Below are positions 19,426-30,833 of a stretch of DNA of 64,000 bases, piece after piece (positions within the stretch are counted from its first letter, which is position 1; every line of letters starts with the position of its first letter). The stretch is from Candidatus Obscuribacteraceae bacterium (GTDB lineage: Bacteria > Cyanobacteriota > Vampirovibrionia > Obscuribacterales > Obscuribacteraceae): the NCBI GenBank assembly GCA_044226015.1, contig JBGAHS010000001.1, positions 1,056,001 through 1,120,000 on the forward strand. The letters are read 5' to 3'. Made by a program: the position numbers and the translations under genes. The notes below the pieces were generated by a model that saw nothing but the letters and a program-made list of their open reading frames with translations, searched no databases and was not told the origin of the DNA.

Positions 19426-20061
19426 TTGAAAGCTGAGCCGATAACCCGCCATAAACCGGAACTTTTTGAGGATGACATCCCAGACCATCGGCTGAAGCAG
19501 TATCTAGCGAAGTCTCTCATCGCAATTGACACTGAAACTCGCGGGTTGATCATTCCTCGCGACCGCCTCTGTCTTGTGCAACTCTGTGATGACGAAGGTG
19601 TCGTCAGTTTCGTTCGTTATCACGGCAAAGACGCTCCTAATCTGAGAAAGCTATTGCTAGCTGAGAATGTCACAAAGCTATTTCATTACGGAAGATTCGA
19701 TATCGCCGTCATGAAGCACTATATTGGTGTTTGGACTACACCTATCTGGTGTACCAAGATCGCTTCAAAGCTGGTCAGAACCTACACTGACAAGCACAGT
19801 CTGAAAGAGCTCTGTCGCGAACAGCTGGGCATGGAGATGGATAAGTCCGACCAGACAAGCGATTGGGCTCGCGATGACCTTAGCGAATCACAGCTTGAGT
19901 ACGCCGCCAATGATGTGCGAGTGCTGCCGCCGCTTTATCTGAAAATGAAAGCACTGCTAGAGCGTGAAGGCAGGCTAGAGCTGGCAGAGAAATTATTCAA
20001 ATTTTTACCGACTCAATGTGAGTTAGACCTCATGGGGTTTAACAACACTCTGGAACACTAA
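19426..20061 (+). CDS. Ribonuclease D-like 3'-5' exonuclease
   Basis: IAIDTET, FHYGRFD, CTKIASKL, QLEYAANDV (DEDDy). Confidence 0.92.
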   Translation: MKAEPITRHKPELFEDDIPDHRLKQYLAKSLIAIDTETRGLIIPRDRLCLVQLCDDEGVVSFVRYHGKDAPNLRKLLLAENVTKLFHYGRFDIAVMKHYIGVWTTPIWCTKIASKLVRTYTDKHSLKELCREQLGMEMDKSDQTSDWARDDLSESQLEYAANDVRVLPPLYLKMKALLEREGRLELAEKLFKFLPTQCELDLMGFNNTLEH

Positions 20062-20089
20062 AGCAATCTACGAGGTTAGAGGTTGATAA

Positions 20090-21544
20090 ATGAGTAAGCT
20101 GATTTACGAAAAGTCCACGCCTGGGCGCCGCGCTGAGATATTGCCTCAACCCGGAGTGCCGCGCAAAGAGTTAAGTGAACTCATTCCAGCGAAGTTTATT
20201 CGGAAGCAAAAACCAGCGCTTCCCGAAGTGAGCGAACTCGATGCAGTCAGGCATTTTGTTACTCTATCAACCAAGAATCATTCCATTGATACTGGTTTCT
20301 ATCCACTCGGCTCTTGCACGATGAAATACAACCCAAAAGTGAACGACGCAATGGCAGCCCTTGATGGTTTCCGTGAGTTGCATCCGTTGCAACCTGAAGA
20401 GCAAACTCAAGGTGCACTTGAGTTGTTGGATACACTGCAAGGTAAGATTGCTGAAATTGTAGGATTGCCGTCTGTGACTTTGCAGGCAGCCGCTGGCGCA
20501 CAGGGTGAGCTTCTGGGTTTGATGTTGATCAAAGCCTACTTCCAGCATAAGGGTGACCACAAGCGCACCAAAGTGATTGTGCCTGACACCGCCCACGGTA
20601 CTAACCCTGCCTCCGCTGCGATGGCTGGATATGACGTAGTTGAAATTGGTTCCAACGACCGTGGATTGGTTGACCTTGAAGCCCTCAAGAAGGTTTTGGG
20701 TCCTGATGTTGCAGCTATCATGTTGACGAATCCAAGCACGCTCGGCTTGTTTGAAGAAGACATTATGCAAGTGCAAAAGCTCGTGCATGAATGCGGTGGA
20801 TTACTTTATTACGATGGAGCCAATCTGAACGCCATTATGGGGCTGGTTCGTCCTGGTGATATGGGTTTTGACGTTTGCCATTTGAACTTGCACAAATCAT
20901 TCTCGACACCGCATGGTGGTGGCGGCCCTGGTGCCTGCGCTGTAGCATGTCGTGATTTCCTCGCTCCATTTTTCCCGGTACCCGTTGTCGCTAAGAAAGC
21001 TGACAAGTTTGTTTTGGATTGGGATCGTCCTCACACTGTAGGCAAAGTCAAAGGCTTTTACGGAAACTTCGGTATTTTGGTTCGCGCATTGACGTATATC
21101 GCTGCTCACGGTAAAGAGGGGCTCACCCAGGTTGCCCGCGATGCGATTTTGAGTGCAAACTATCTCAAAGAGAATTTAAAGCGTTCATTCAAATTGCCTT
21201 ACACACAGCCTTGTATGCACGAATTCGTATTGTCTGGCGTATGGCAAAAAGATCGTGGTTGTAGCACAACGCAAATTGCAAAACGTATGCTCGATTACGG
21301 TGTACACGCGCCAACGGTCTACTTCCCGCTTGTTGTTCCTGAGGCGATGATGATTGAGCCAACTGAAACTGAATCAAAGCAAACACTGGATGAATTCATC
21401 GAGATAATGCTTCAAATCGACAAAGAAACCAAAGAGCAACCAGATTTGGTGACCACTGCTCCGACGCGCACCCCAGTTGGAAGATTGGATGAAGCTCTGG
21501 CAGCGAGAAAACCAAATTTGCGTTGGACTCCACCACAAGAGTAA
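20090..21544 (+). CDS. gcvPB: Glycine dehydrogenase (decarboxylating) subunit 2
   Basis: [46 protein letters not shown]. Confidence 0.97.
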   Translation: MSKLIYEKSTPGRRAEILPQPGVPRKELSELIPAKFIRKQKPALPEVSELDAVRHFVTLSTKNHSIDTGFYPLGSCTMKYNPKVNDAMAALDGFRELHPLQPEEQTQGALELLDTLQGKIAEIVGLPSVTLQAAAGAQGELLGLMLIKAYFQHKGDHKRTKVIVPDTAHGTNPASAAMAGYDVVEIGSNDRGLVDLEALKKVLGPDVAAIMLTNPSTLGLFEEDIMQVQKLVHECGGLLYYDGANLNAIMGLVRPGDMGFDVCHLNLHKSFSTPHGGGGPGACAVACRDFLAPFFPVPVVAKKADKFVLDWDRPHTVGKVKGFYGNFGILVRALTYIAAHGKEGLTQVARDAILSANYLKENLKRSFKLPYTQPCMHEFVLSGVWQKDRGCSTTQIAKRMLDYGVHAPTVYFPLVVPEAMMIEPTETESKQTLDEFIEIMLQIDKETKEQPDLVTTAPTRTPVGRLDEALAARKPNLRWTPPQE

Positions 21545-21561
21545 TCCGCTTCCGATTCGTA

Positions 21562-21741
21562 TTAGAGTCCAACGATTTGAAGGTCGCCGAGCAGTTCGGA
21601 CATGCCGTCATCGCCGCCCTCTTTTAAATAGTCCATGTAGTACTGATAGCCTTCGGCGATTACTTGCATACCTTGCAGGTGCTGAGGAGCTTCTTTGGTT
21701 TCGTTTCTTTTGGATTCTTCGTTGGTGGTTCTTGCGTCCAT
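21562..21741 (-). CDS. 59-aa small protein, copy A (not in ORF track)
   Basis: Hand translation MDARTTNEESKRNETKEAPQHLQGMQVIAEGYQYYMDYLKEGGDDGMSELLGDLQIVGL; GAGG SD; paralog differs mostly at synonymous sites. Confidence 0.85.
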   Translation of the reverse strand: MDARTTNEESKRNETKEAPQHLQGMQVIAEGYQYYMDYLKEGGDDGMSELLGDLQIVGL

Positions 21742-21773
21742 TGCTCTCTTCCTCGCGACCCCTGATGCTTTTT

Positions 21774-21828
21774 AGATTACGCAGCCTTTAGGGCTGACCC
21801 TGGTCTTGTTCGGGTCAGTTTTGGGTCA
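21774..21828 (-). promoter_or_regulatory. Putative activator-dependent promoter of copy A
   Basis: Minus-strand TAATCT (21774-21779); plus-strand TGGTCT/GGGTCA/GGGTCA at 21801, 21812, 21823 (11-bp period); same offsets as copy B. Confidence 0.6.
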
Positions 21829-21842
21829 ACAGTTAAAACAGT

Positions 21843-21870
21843 GGCGACCACGCAGAATTGCGTGGTTGTC
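21843..21870. terminator. Hairpin between the two small-protein copies
   Basis: ACCACGCA-GAAT-TGCGTGGT core; T run follows on the minus strand. Confidence 0.5.
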
Positions 21871-21886
21871 TCTGTTGTGTTGGGGA

Positions 21887-22002
21887 GCGGGCAGGGTTGG
21901 GCGCGGACAGGGTTGGGCGCGGGCAGGGTTGGGCGCGGACAGGGTTGGGCGCGGGCAGGGTTGTGAGCGGACGGGGTTGGGAGCGGACAGGTTGGGAGCG
22001 GA
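21887..22002. repeat. G-rich 16-bp tandem repeat, about 7 copies, consensus GCGGRCAGGGTTGGGM
   Basis: Units start at 21887, 21903, 21919, 21935, 21951, 21967, 21983 (15 bp), plus a partial unit at 21998. Confidence 0.95.
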
Positions 22003-22182
22003 TTAAAGTCCAACGATTTGCAGGTCACCCAAAAGCTCGGACATGCCATCATCGCCGCCCTCTTTCAAATAGTCCATGTAGTACTGATAGCCTTCAGCAA
22101 TTACTTGCATACCTTGCAGGTGCTGAGGAGCTTCTTTTGCTTCGTTTCTTTTGGATTCTTCGTTGGTGTTTCTTGCGTCCAT
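22003..22182 (-). CDS. 59-aa small protein, copy B (not in ORF track)
   Basis: MDARNTNEESKRNEAKEAPQHLQGMQVIAEGYQYYMDYLKEGGDDGMSELLGDLQIVGL; GAGG SD; 57/59 identical to copy A. Confidence 0.85.
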   Translation of the reverse strand: MDARNTNEESKRNEAKEAPQHLQGMQVIAEGYQYYMDYLKEGGDDGMSELLGDLQIVGL

Positions 22183-22214
22183 TGTTTTGTCCCTCGCCCG
22201 TCCCTTATGTTTAG

Positions 22215-22291
22215 AGAATATCGAGGGACTGGGTCAGCCCTCGGTCTGGTTTGGGGCAATTTTGGGTCAGTAGATAAAAACGCATGGGTCA
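22215..22291 (-). promoter_or_regulatory. Putative activator-dependent promoter of copy B
   Basis: Minus-strand TATTCT (22215-22220); plus-strand GGGTCA 22231, CGGTCT 22242, GGGGCA 22253, GGGTCA 22264, GGGTCA 22286. Confidence 0.6.
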
Positions 22292-22405
22292 TCTAAAACA
22301 AAAGCTGGCAGATGCTCTTAACCTTCAAAAAACGGAAGCGGCAGGGGGGGGATAGATATTCGTCTGAGACACGCGTGCAGAAATTTGAAGTTGTTTTCCA
22401 AACCC

Positions 22406-22450
22406 AAAGAGAAAAGAAGCAGACCTTCGATGCCTGCTTCTCTTTTCTTT
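22406..22450. terminator. Hairpin flanked by A and T runs, likely terminator of the 22486..22713 gene
   Basis: AAAGAGAAAAGAAGCAG...CTGCTTCTCTTTTCTTT. Confidence 0.55.
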
Positions 22451-22485
22451 CATCTGGGGGAGTTAAACTTACGAAAACATGGCTA

Positions 22486-22713
22486 TCAGCGCCAAATGTC
22501 CTGCTCTTCTCGGAGCATGTAGGTCTCGATGCTGAAGAAGACGCAGCCAGCACCTACAAACAGCAAAATCGTTCCTGGAATAAAGTATGCCGCAGGGTCC
22601 GTGCTGACGCCGGTCATATAGAGCATCCAGCATCCAGTGCCAATGACCAAGAGCCCGAACAATGCAAAGAATAGATAGAATGTTTGCTTGACGCTTTCGT
22701 AACTATATCTCAT
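22486..22713 (-). CDS. Small two-TM membrane protein
   Basis: 75 aa, two hydrophobic segments, GGAG upstream. Confidence 0.7.
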   Translation of the reverse strand: MRYSYESVKQTFYLFFALFGLLVIGTGCWMLYMTGVSTDPAAYFIPGTILLFVGAGCVFFSIETYMLREEQDIWR

Positions 22714-22889
22714 GGCTCACTTCTCCATCTTTTTCGCAATAATAGCTCCATGAATGTTGTGAGACCTCGTCCCTGTGGATGATGTGCTGTAAATGTTTGT
22801 GATCGCAAAACGGCAGCAGTCTCTTTACCAAAGCGTTTGAAAAGATAGTTTGGCGATGATTTCGGATGCCGAGTTAGAATAGCGATTAC

Positions 22890-23666
22890 TTGCCTGAATC
22901 ATATATTTGCTTAATGAATAGTCTTTTTGCAAAAAATAAGTTGCTACTCTCGATTCTCCTGATTGGACTACTGCTCATATGTTCTGTGTTTCTTCTGAAA
23001 GCGGTGCGTCGATGCTCAATGGCTCGGCAGTTTCGTGGACAACAAACCATTGAGTTGGTGCTGCAGAAATACGGTGACCAGGCGCGTATTCGTCTAAAGG
23101 CAAAATTCGAAAGAGCCGGTGCCATATATCCCCCTGCCGGACTCATCTTTCTTGGACTAAAGGCGGAAGAAGAGCTGCAGATTTATTCGCTTGATGAGCA
23201 TAGCAATTCGCCTCGATTCATCTGCTCCTTTCCGATTCTCGGAACAAGCGGAGTACTTGGGCCAAAGCTAAAGGAAGGTGATAAACAAATGCCAGAAGGG
23301 TTTTACAGAATCTCTGAACTTGAACCAAATACACCTTATCATGTGGCTATGAGAGTCGATTATCCAAACGAGTTTGACAAGGAAATGGGTAAGCAAGACG
23401 GACGTGCCACTCTCGGCGGTGACATCATGATTCACGGTGCTAACTGTTCTATAGGTTGCCTGGCTATGGGCGACCCTGCCTCAGAAGAGCTATTCGTCCT
23501 TGTGCACGATGTTGGTATAGACAATACAGAACTGTTGATGAGTCCATTTGATTTTCGCCATCCACCAGATGGCATTGTGCTTCCTGTTGAACCAGAGTGG
23601 ATCGGCGCTGTTTATTCTCAGCTAAATGCGAAGCTGAAGTCTCTTCCAAGCCCTGTTGAGAGATAA
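22890..23666 (+). CDS. L,D-transpeptidase (YkuD) family protein, YafK-like (start uncertain)
   Basis: GPKLKEGDKQMPEGFY, DYPN, GGDIMIHG..CSIGC. Confidence 0.88.
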   Translation: MPESYICLMNSLFAKNKLLLSILLIGLLLICSVFLLKAVRRCSMARQFRGQQTIELVLQKYGDQARIRLKAKFERAGAIYPPAGLIFLGLKAEEELQIYSLDEHSNSPRFICSFPILGTSGVLGPKLKEGDKQMPEGFYRISELEPNTPYHVAMRVDYPNEFDKEMGKQDGRATLGGDIMIHGANCSIGCLAMGDPASEELFVLVHDVGIDNTELLMSPFDFRHPPDGIVLPVEPEWIGAVYSQLNAKLKSLPSPVER

Positions 23667-23898
23667 GTCGCTTCATGCCTGAGAATGATAGTTTCTGTTC
23701 TGCACCTTGCTGGAGGAATCGACTGTTTCATCGGTCTTTTTTGACCTGGTAGCAGGTCAACCTGAATCGATTGTCGTGCATGAAAATTGAGTGAAATCCG
23801 ACCTGTCAAATTGTGCAGAATTCATGCGTGCTTATCCCTGTGAGGAATTAAGTGGGGCGATTACGATGTTTCCTGTAGGACATCTAGAGGGCGGGCAA

Positions 23899-24405
23899 AT
23901 GGGCGAACGTAATAACCAACCAGAAAACAGCGATTGTCATGAAAAAGGCACTTCTGCCGGCGAAAAATCAAATCTTTGCTTACTAGACATTGTGAATGGT
24001 GGAAAAGCTGGCGCATCAAAAAATGATGAAATCGTTGGTGTTGCGAAGAGTAGTCTCGGAGACGAACTCTGGCGTAAGACCGAGGGCGTTACTGGTTCTA
24101 TGGGGGCGGCTGCAGCGGTCAGCGAAGTGTTGTTGAAGGCTGGTCTTATGGACCACAGCGTTGGAACTGTTAAAGATGTGGCTAAAATTCTGAAAGAAAA
24201 GCACTGGGAGCCACGTAAAATGGATGAGCGTCAACCAGGTGACGTGATGCTTCGGACCAATGATGGTTTCAGTAACATTGGTATTGTTGGGCCAGACAAC
24301 ACAGTTTTCGTGAACCGTCGCAATGGAGTCTTTTCACAGATGTCTATAGGCAACTCAAGCTTACGTGAGAATGCGCTAGTCTTTCATCCACCCGAAAAGA
24401 AGTAA
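23899..24405 (+). CDS. Hypothetical protein with a degenerate NlpC/P60-like domain
   Basis: AKSSLG..GAAAAVSEVLLKAG...QPGDVM...SNIGIV; GAGG before ATG 23899. Confidence 0.55.
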   Translation: MGERNNQPENSDCHEKGTSAGEKSNLCLLDIVNGGKAGASKNDEIVGVAKSSLGDELWRKTEGVTGSMGAAAAVSEVLLKAGLMDHSVGTVKDVAKILKEKHWEPRKMDERQPGDVMLRTNDGFSNIGIVGPDNTVFVNRRNGVFSQMSIGNSSLRENALVFHPPEKK

Positions 24406-24573
24406 ATTTCGATCGATTCCAATTAATGTGATAACAGGTCTGATCGTCGGACCTGGTATTTTATTTCACAGTAAATACGACTTACTAATGCAAAAGCGAT
24501 ATATATTCACCCAGAGTTCAAAATGATTGGGGAAATTAGAGTGTGCCGATTGGATCATTTAATCCGGTTGACT

Positions 24574-26871
<2,298 letters not shown>

Positions 26872-26901
26872 CGCTTTCCAAAAAACCAGATGACTTCATT
26901 T

Positions 26902-26936
26902 TAAGGCGGTTCCGTCAAGAGTCGCCTTATTTCTTT
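26902..26936 (+). terminator. Intrinsic terminator after katG
   Basis: TAAGGCGGTT...AGTCGCCTTA followed by TTTCTTT. Confidence 0.6.
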
Positions 26937-26950
26937 GAGGACAGACGAGT

Positions 26951-28303
26951 TCAAACAGCCAAGGTTTGACTGGCGCGTTTTAGCGCCTCGTACAGTTCGT
27001 CCATGCTTTGATATCTATTCTCGGGAGCTTTCTCAAGGCTTTTATGAATGATCGCTTCAAGCACTTGTGGTAGGTCGCCTTTGTCTCTTGCAGCACTCAA
27101 CTGAATGGGTTTGTCATTAATCTGTTTTTGTAGCGTGTCTAGTACGTTGTCGCCGACGAATGGTGGATGACCCGCCAGCACCTCGTACATGATGCATCCA
27201 AACGCATAGACGTCACTTCTCTGGTCTAATAGCTGCCCCTGACAGTGTTCAGGACTCATGTATGTCGTTGTTCCAAAAACCTTGCCTTCTTTTGTGAGCT
27301 GTTCACTCGCTTTGCTTTCGGCTTCAATCTTCTTCGCTACACCAAAGTCCACTATGGTTACGTGTTCCTTGCCATTGAGTTGACCAAGAATAATATTGGC
27401 TGGTTTCAGATCGCGGTGCACCAAACCAGCCTTATGTGCATGTCCTATACCAATGCATGATTGCTGAAAAATATCGATGCACCTGGCTAGAGGGAAAGCT
27501 TCGAAGCGATTTAGAGCTCGGTACAGCGAGATGCCTTCGACAAAGTCCATAACGATATAAGGATGCTTTGATTCGCTTAAGCCGTAGTCGTGTATTGCTA
27601 CAACGTGAGGGTTAGCCATTTTGCTCAGGGCTTGAGCCTCTAGCTGAAAACGCTTTAGGTACTCAAGGTCTTTTGTACGGGAGAAATCCATGAACTTAAT
27701 GGCAAAGTCTTTTTGTAAAACGCGGTGGCGCGCTTTGTAGACAACGCTCATTCCGCCACGTCCGAGAACGCCTGTTATTTCAAACTTCTCGTCGAACTGT
27801 TGTCCACCGAGAAATTCAACTTCGTCTGCAGTTAGATTGACATAGCAATCAGCGCAAAATTTCACGTCGGCATCATATATGGTGCCGCACATTTGACACG
27901 CCATTACTTTGAATACGTTTCGTTTCGTCTCTTTTGGCTGTACTCGCTTCAAGAGCGCTTTTACCTTTGCGCTCAATTCCTTCAGATGGAAGGGTTTCAC
28001 CATGTAATCGTCGACGCCCGCGTCGAAGCCCACTTCTTTGTCGGCTAGCTCCACCCTGCCCGTAAGCAATATTACGATTGCATCGCCGCCTGCAGCTCGA
28101 TATTCCCGAACTATTTCAGGACCGGAAGGACCCGGCGGCATTTCCCAATCGAGTATCAGAACGTCAAACTTTTCAAGCTTTAAGATTTGCTGTGCTAGCT
28201 CGCCACAGGGTACAACAGAGACATCTTCACCGAAATGGGCAAACCATTCGAGTAGTGAGTCTCTGACTTGTTCGTCATCTTCTGCGACAAGTATTTTTGC
28301 CAT
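26951..28303 (-). CDS. Receiver domain, zinc ribbon and Hanks-type Ser/Thr kinase fusion
   Basis: AEDD, ILDWEMP, KPF; CQMC...CADC; GRGGMSVVYK, HRDLKPAN, DFG, YMSPE. Confidence 0.92.
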   Translation of the reverse strand: MAKILVAEDDEQVRDSLLEWFAHFGEDVSVVPCGELAQQILKLEKFDVLILDWEMPPGPSGPEIVREYRAAGGDAIVILLTGRVELADKEVGFDAGVDDYMVKPFHLKELSAKVKALLKRVQPKETKRNVFKVMACQMCGTIYDADVKFCADCYVNLTADEVEFLGGQQFDEKFEITGVLGRGGMSVVYKARHRVLQKDFAIKFMDFSRTKDLEYLKRFQLEAQALSKMANPHVVAIHDYGLSESKHPYIVMDFVEGISLYRALNRFEAFPLARCIDIFQQSCIGIGHAHKAGLVHRDLKPANIILGQLNGKEHVTIVDFGVAKKIEAESKASEQLTKEGKVFGTTTYMSPEHCQGQLLDQRSDVYAFGCIMYEVLAGHPPFVGDNVLDTLQKQINDKPIQLSAARDKGDLPQVLEAIIHKSLEKAPENRYQSMDELYEALKRASQTLAV

Positions 28304-28646
28304 ATACCCCTGCCATGGGCACGCCTGTCCTCATTATGCCACAAGACGCTTGCTTTAAGCAGTCCGTGGCAAGATTTGATAAATTCCGGAAGCCTTTAGG
28401 AACCCAAAATGCTTCCAGCAGCTCAATTTATAGCAGGGGCCTTACTGAATTCCGGATTTGTCTAGCTCCTTCGGCTCAGCCAGGTCTTCGGGACATTCGG
28501 TTCTGGGCAATGAACTGTTGTTCTGCCAGGCGGCGATGCAATTATTTTGATTTTTCAATTCAACACGAATTGGCAAGTAGGGCTCTCAGAACTTTTTCAG
28601 ATTTGCCCTCTAATATTTGCATTGTGAGTGTTTGGGAGAGAGAGAA

Positions 28647-29144
28647 ATGAGTGACACTGTAATCGGACCAGTAGAGCAACAAACTAAAGCCTCTGTAGCT
28701 GAAGGTAAGGAACTGGCGAAGATTCTCGAAAGCGACCGCAACGGTGGGGAACAAAAGGTTCGCACCCGATTGCTAAATGATGCTTTTGATTCGGCTCATG
28801 GAAAATTCAACATGGAAACAATTAAGAAATCTATGATTGAAGATTTGAATGCTCAACATTTGCCCGGATTGGAACTAAAGGAAGACAAGCTTGGCAATGT
28901 ATACAAAAAGGGATTGTCGATTCCTGGCACGAACATAGAATTGAACAATGTCTCCGTGTTCGATCGTTCGCAAGCAGATGCATACGTTGCTCACATGGAT
29001 GAAATCAACGGGCAACGACCACAAGAGCAAAGCAAGAAATCCGACGCAATTGACACCAGACGCGTAGACATCTTCGGTGCTGTCAATAATCTGGAAAAAC
29101 TTTTTGGACAGATTTATGAAGCAGGCAAGGAAAAGAAGAAATAG
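28647..29144 (+). CDS. Hypothetical protein
   Basis: Hydrophilic ORF with purine-rich SD before ATG 28647. Confidence 0.65.
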   Translation: MSDTVIGPVEQQTKASVAEGKELAKILESDRNGGEQKVRTRLLNDAFDSAHGKFNMETIKKSMIEDLNAQHLPGLELKEDKLGNVYKKGLSIPGTNIELNNVSVFDRSQADAYVAHMDEINGQRPQEQSKKSDAIDTRRVDIFGAVNNLEKLFGQIYEAGKEKKK

Positions 29145-29149
29145 TCCGA

Positions 29150-29890
29150 TTATGCGAAAGCTCGCGCTTTGAGTTTTTCAATGTGCGATGGTTTTAGTCC
29201 AGCTTTCATGATGCGCTCAACGTGCGAGGCATTTTGTGACTCTTCTAGGACTATTTTGTAAACGTCCGTGCCTTTCTCTGCCAGATAATTATCGACCTTT
29301 ATTTGCCCAGCTTTCTCTAGCTCGTTTCCGTATTTTAAGCGGCGCGCTCGGCTTATGCAGTAATCATTCGCAATTTGCTCTGGTACTATATCCAGTATCA
29401 TCAATAGAAGCATGCTGATGATTCCGGTTCTATCTCTTCCTGCAATACAGTGAAACAAGACCCCAGCCGAGTCTGCCTCGGCAATCGCAATCAACACCCG
29501 CGCAGTTCGTTCTGGCATCGCTGCTAGATGCTTTCTATAATAAAGTGGCGTGCTACCAAGTCTTGCGCCTTCATCCCAAGACTCGCTGTTCCATTCTCCC
29601 CAAAAGAGTTTGTTCTCCAGTCCATCATGCGGCAGAAACACAAACGATAGGGCATCTCCTATTTCGTACGCTGGAATTGCTTCGACTCGTTCTGATTCGT
29701 TTCGCAGGTCGACTATTGTTTTGATGCCGTAGCTTTTAAGGCTTTGCCATCCAGACTTAGTAAGATTATGGGGTGAATCCGAACGCACAAACAGCCCGCG
29801 TCGAATCACATCGCCTTTCTCGGTTTCCAGACCACCGAGGTCTCTGGTGTTGTGACAACCTTCCCAATTTAAATTGCGATCAATCTTCAT
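29150..29890 (-). CDS. Protein-tyrosine phosphatase family protein (Y_phosphatase3-like)
   Basis: NTRDLGG, IVDLR, FHCIAGRDRTG P-loop. Confidence 0.92.
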   Translation of the reverse strand: MKIDRNLNWEGCHNTRDLGGLETEKGDVIRRGLFVRSDSPHNLTKSGWQSLKSYGIKTIVDLRNESERVEAIPAYEIGDALSFVFLPHDGLENKLFWGEWNSESWDEGARLGSTPLYYRKHLAAMPERTARVLIAIAEADSAGVLFHCIAGRDRTGIISMLLLMILDIVPEQIANDYCISRARRLKYGNELEKAGQIKVDNYLAEKGTDVYKIVLEESQNASHVERIMKAGLKPSHIEKLKARAFA

Positions 29891-29948
29891 GCCAAAACGC
29901 TATCAGGACCACTGGGACCAATTGCAATTGCCTGTTATTTGTCTAGCT

Positions 29949-30506
29949 TTATGCCTTGAAATTCAAATGACCATAGTCCAGTTTGAACTTCGCATGGCTC
30001 AGTCTTTCCTTGAGCCTGGCTATTTCACTTCTGGTTCCTTTTATTGGAATAATGACGAGAAGTGCAAGTGAGTTGATGAACAAAAATGGTGTGGATGCAA
30101 TCATGATCTTGGACATTTCATCACCGATGAAGTCGTAATAGCACTTCAATGCTATCCAGCATCCGAAAAGATTAATCGCAAGAAATGTGAGCAGATGCGC
30201 GTATAGGAAAATTCGTTCTCTTGCCAGCAAAACCATCGTCTTCGATACTTCGGAATTGATCTCGCCCGCATTTTGAGTCTCTTGTTTGACTCGAGCAAAC
30301 GTTGGCATGCTGTCTGGAACCTTGATGCGCTCTTCTCCTTCGCCGATGCGCGCCGCGTGTTCTGGATATTCGTTTATATTGAACGAATTGGGAGCTACGA
30401 TAAATCCGCAGCCCCCACAAAATTTTGCCAGAGATTCAAGATGGTCGCCGCAATTGCTGCAGCTTTGCCCATACTCTACTGTACTCGCGGTGGCGTAGGT
30501 CATCAT
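29949..30506 (-). CDS. Zinc-ribbon membrane protein
   Basis: CSNC...CGGC followed by two TM segments. Confidence 0.7.
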   Translation of the reverse strand: MMTYATASTVEYGQSCSNCGDHLESLAKFCGGCGFIVAPNSFNINEYPEHAARIGEGEERIKVPDSMPTFARVKQETQNAGEINSEVSKTMVLLARERIFLYAHLLTFLAINLFGCWIALKCYYDFIGDEMSKIMIASTPFLFINSLALLVIIPIKGTRSEIARLKERLSHAKFKLDYGHLNFKA

Positions 30507-30833
30507 TTACGTCCCCTATAAATTCTTTGCTTTGGCTCTATCAGTAATATCTGATCGGTTGCCCTACTTGTCCATGGGAGTGTTCCCCATGCAACTGAAA
30601 GCTAAAGAAAACCTATATGACGATCCCAAAGTTACAGGACTCAGTATGGGAAATCAAGATATTTTTCTTTATCATTAAGAAGCTTTTGCATTTTTTCTGA
30701 CCTTGGCTTGAGCCGCATGGAATGCGGCTGTTAAGCATTTCGACATTGCAACATTTGTCCAGGTTTCCATGTGATATTGGAGCAATGATTTGCAAATTCT
30801 CAAGTGCATTTATTAGTTGCGCGTAAGCTTCAA

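Noticed and set aside
21887..22002. CRISPR array
   Set aside because: Units are contiguous 16-mers with no spacers, and no cas genes are in the window
21477..22296. Track ORFs of 63-118 aa spanning the duplication (e.g. 21777..22052, 21858..22214, 22018..22296, 22101..22292)
   Set aside because: They are shadow frames of the repeat and of the 59-aa genes; the synonymous substitution pattern supports only the 59-aa frame
22344..22351. G8 tract as a phase-variation switch
   Set aside because: It is short and lies well upstream of the inferred promoter elements; no evidence of variability
28647..29144. Shared LPGLE motif with the patatin protein as a secretion signal
   Set aside because: In the patatin protein it is simply the lead-in to the first beta strand; two short matches are compatible with chance
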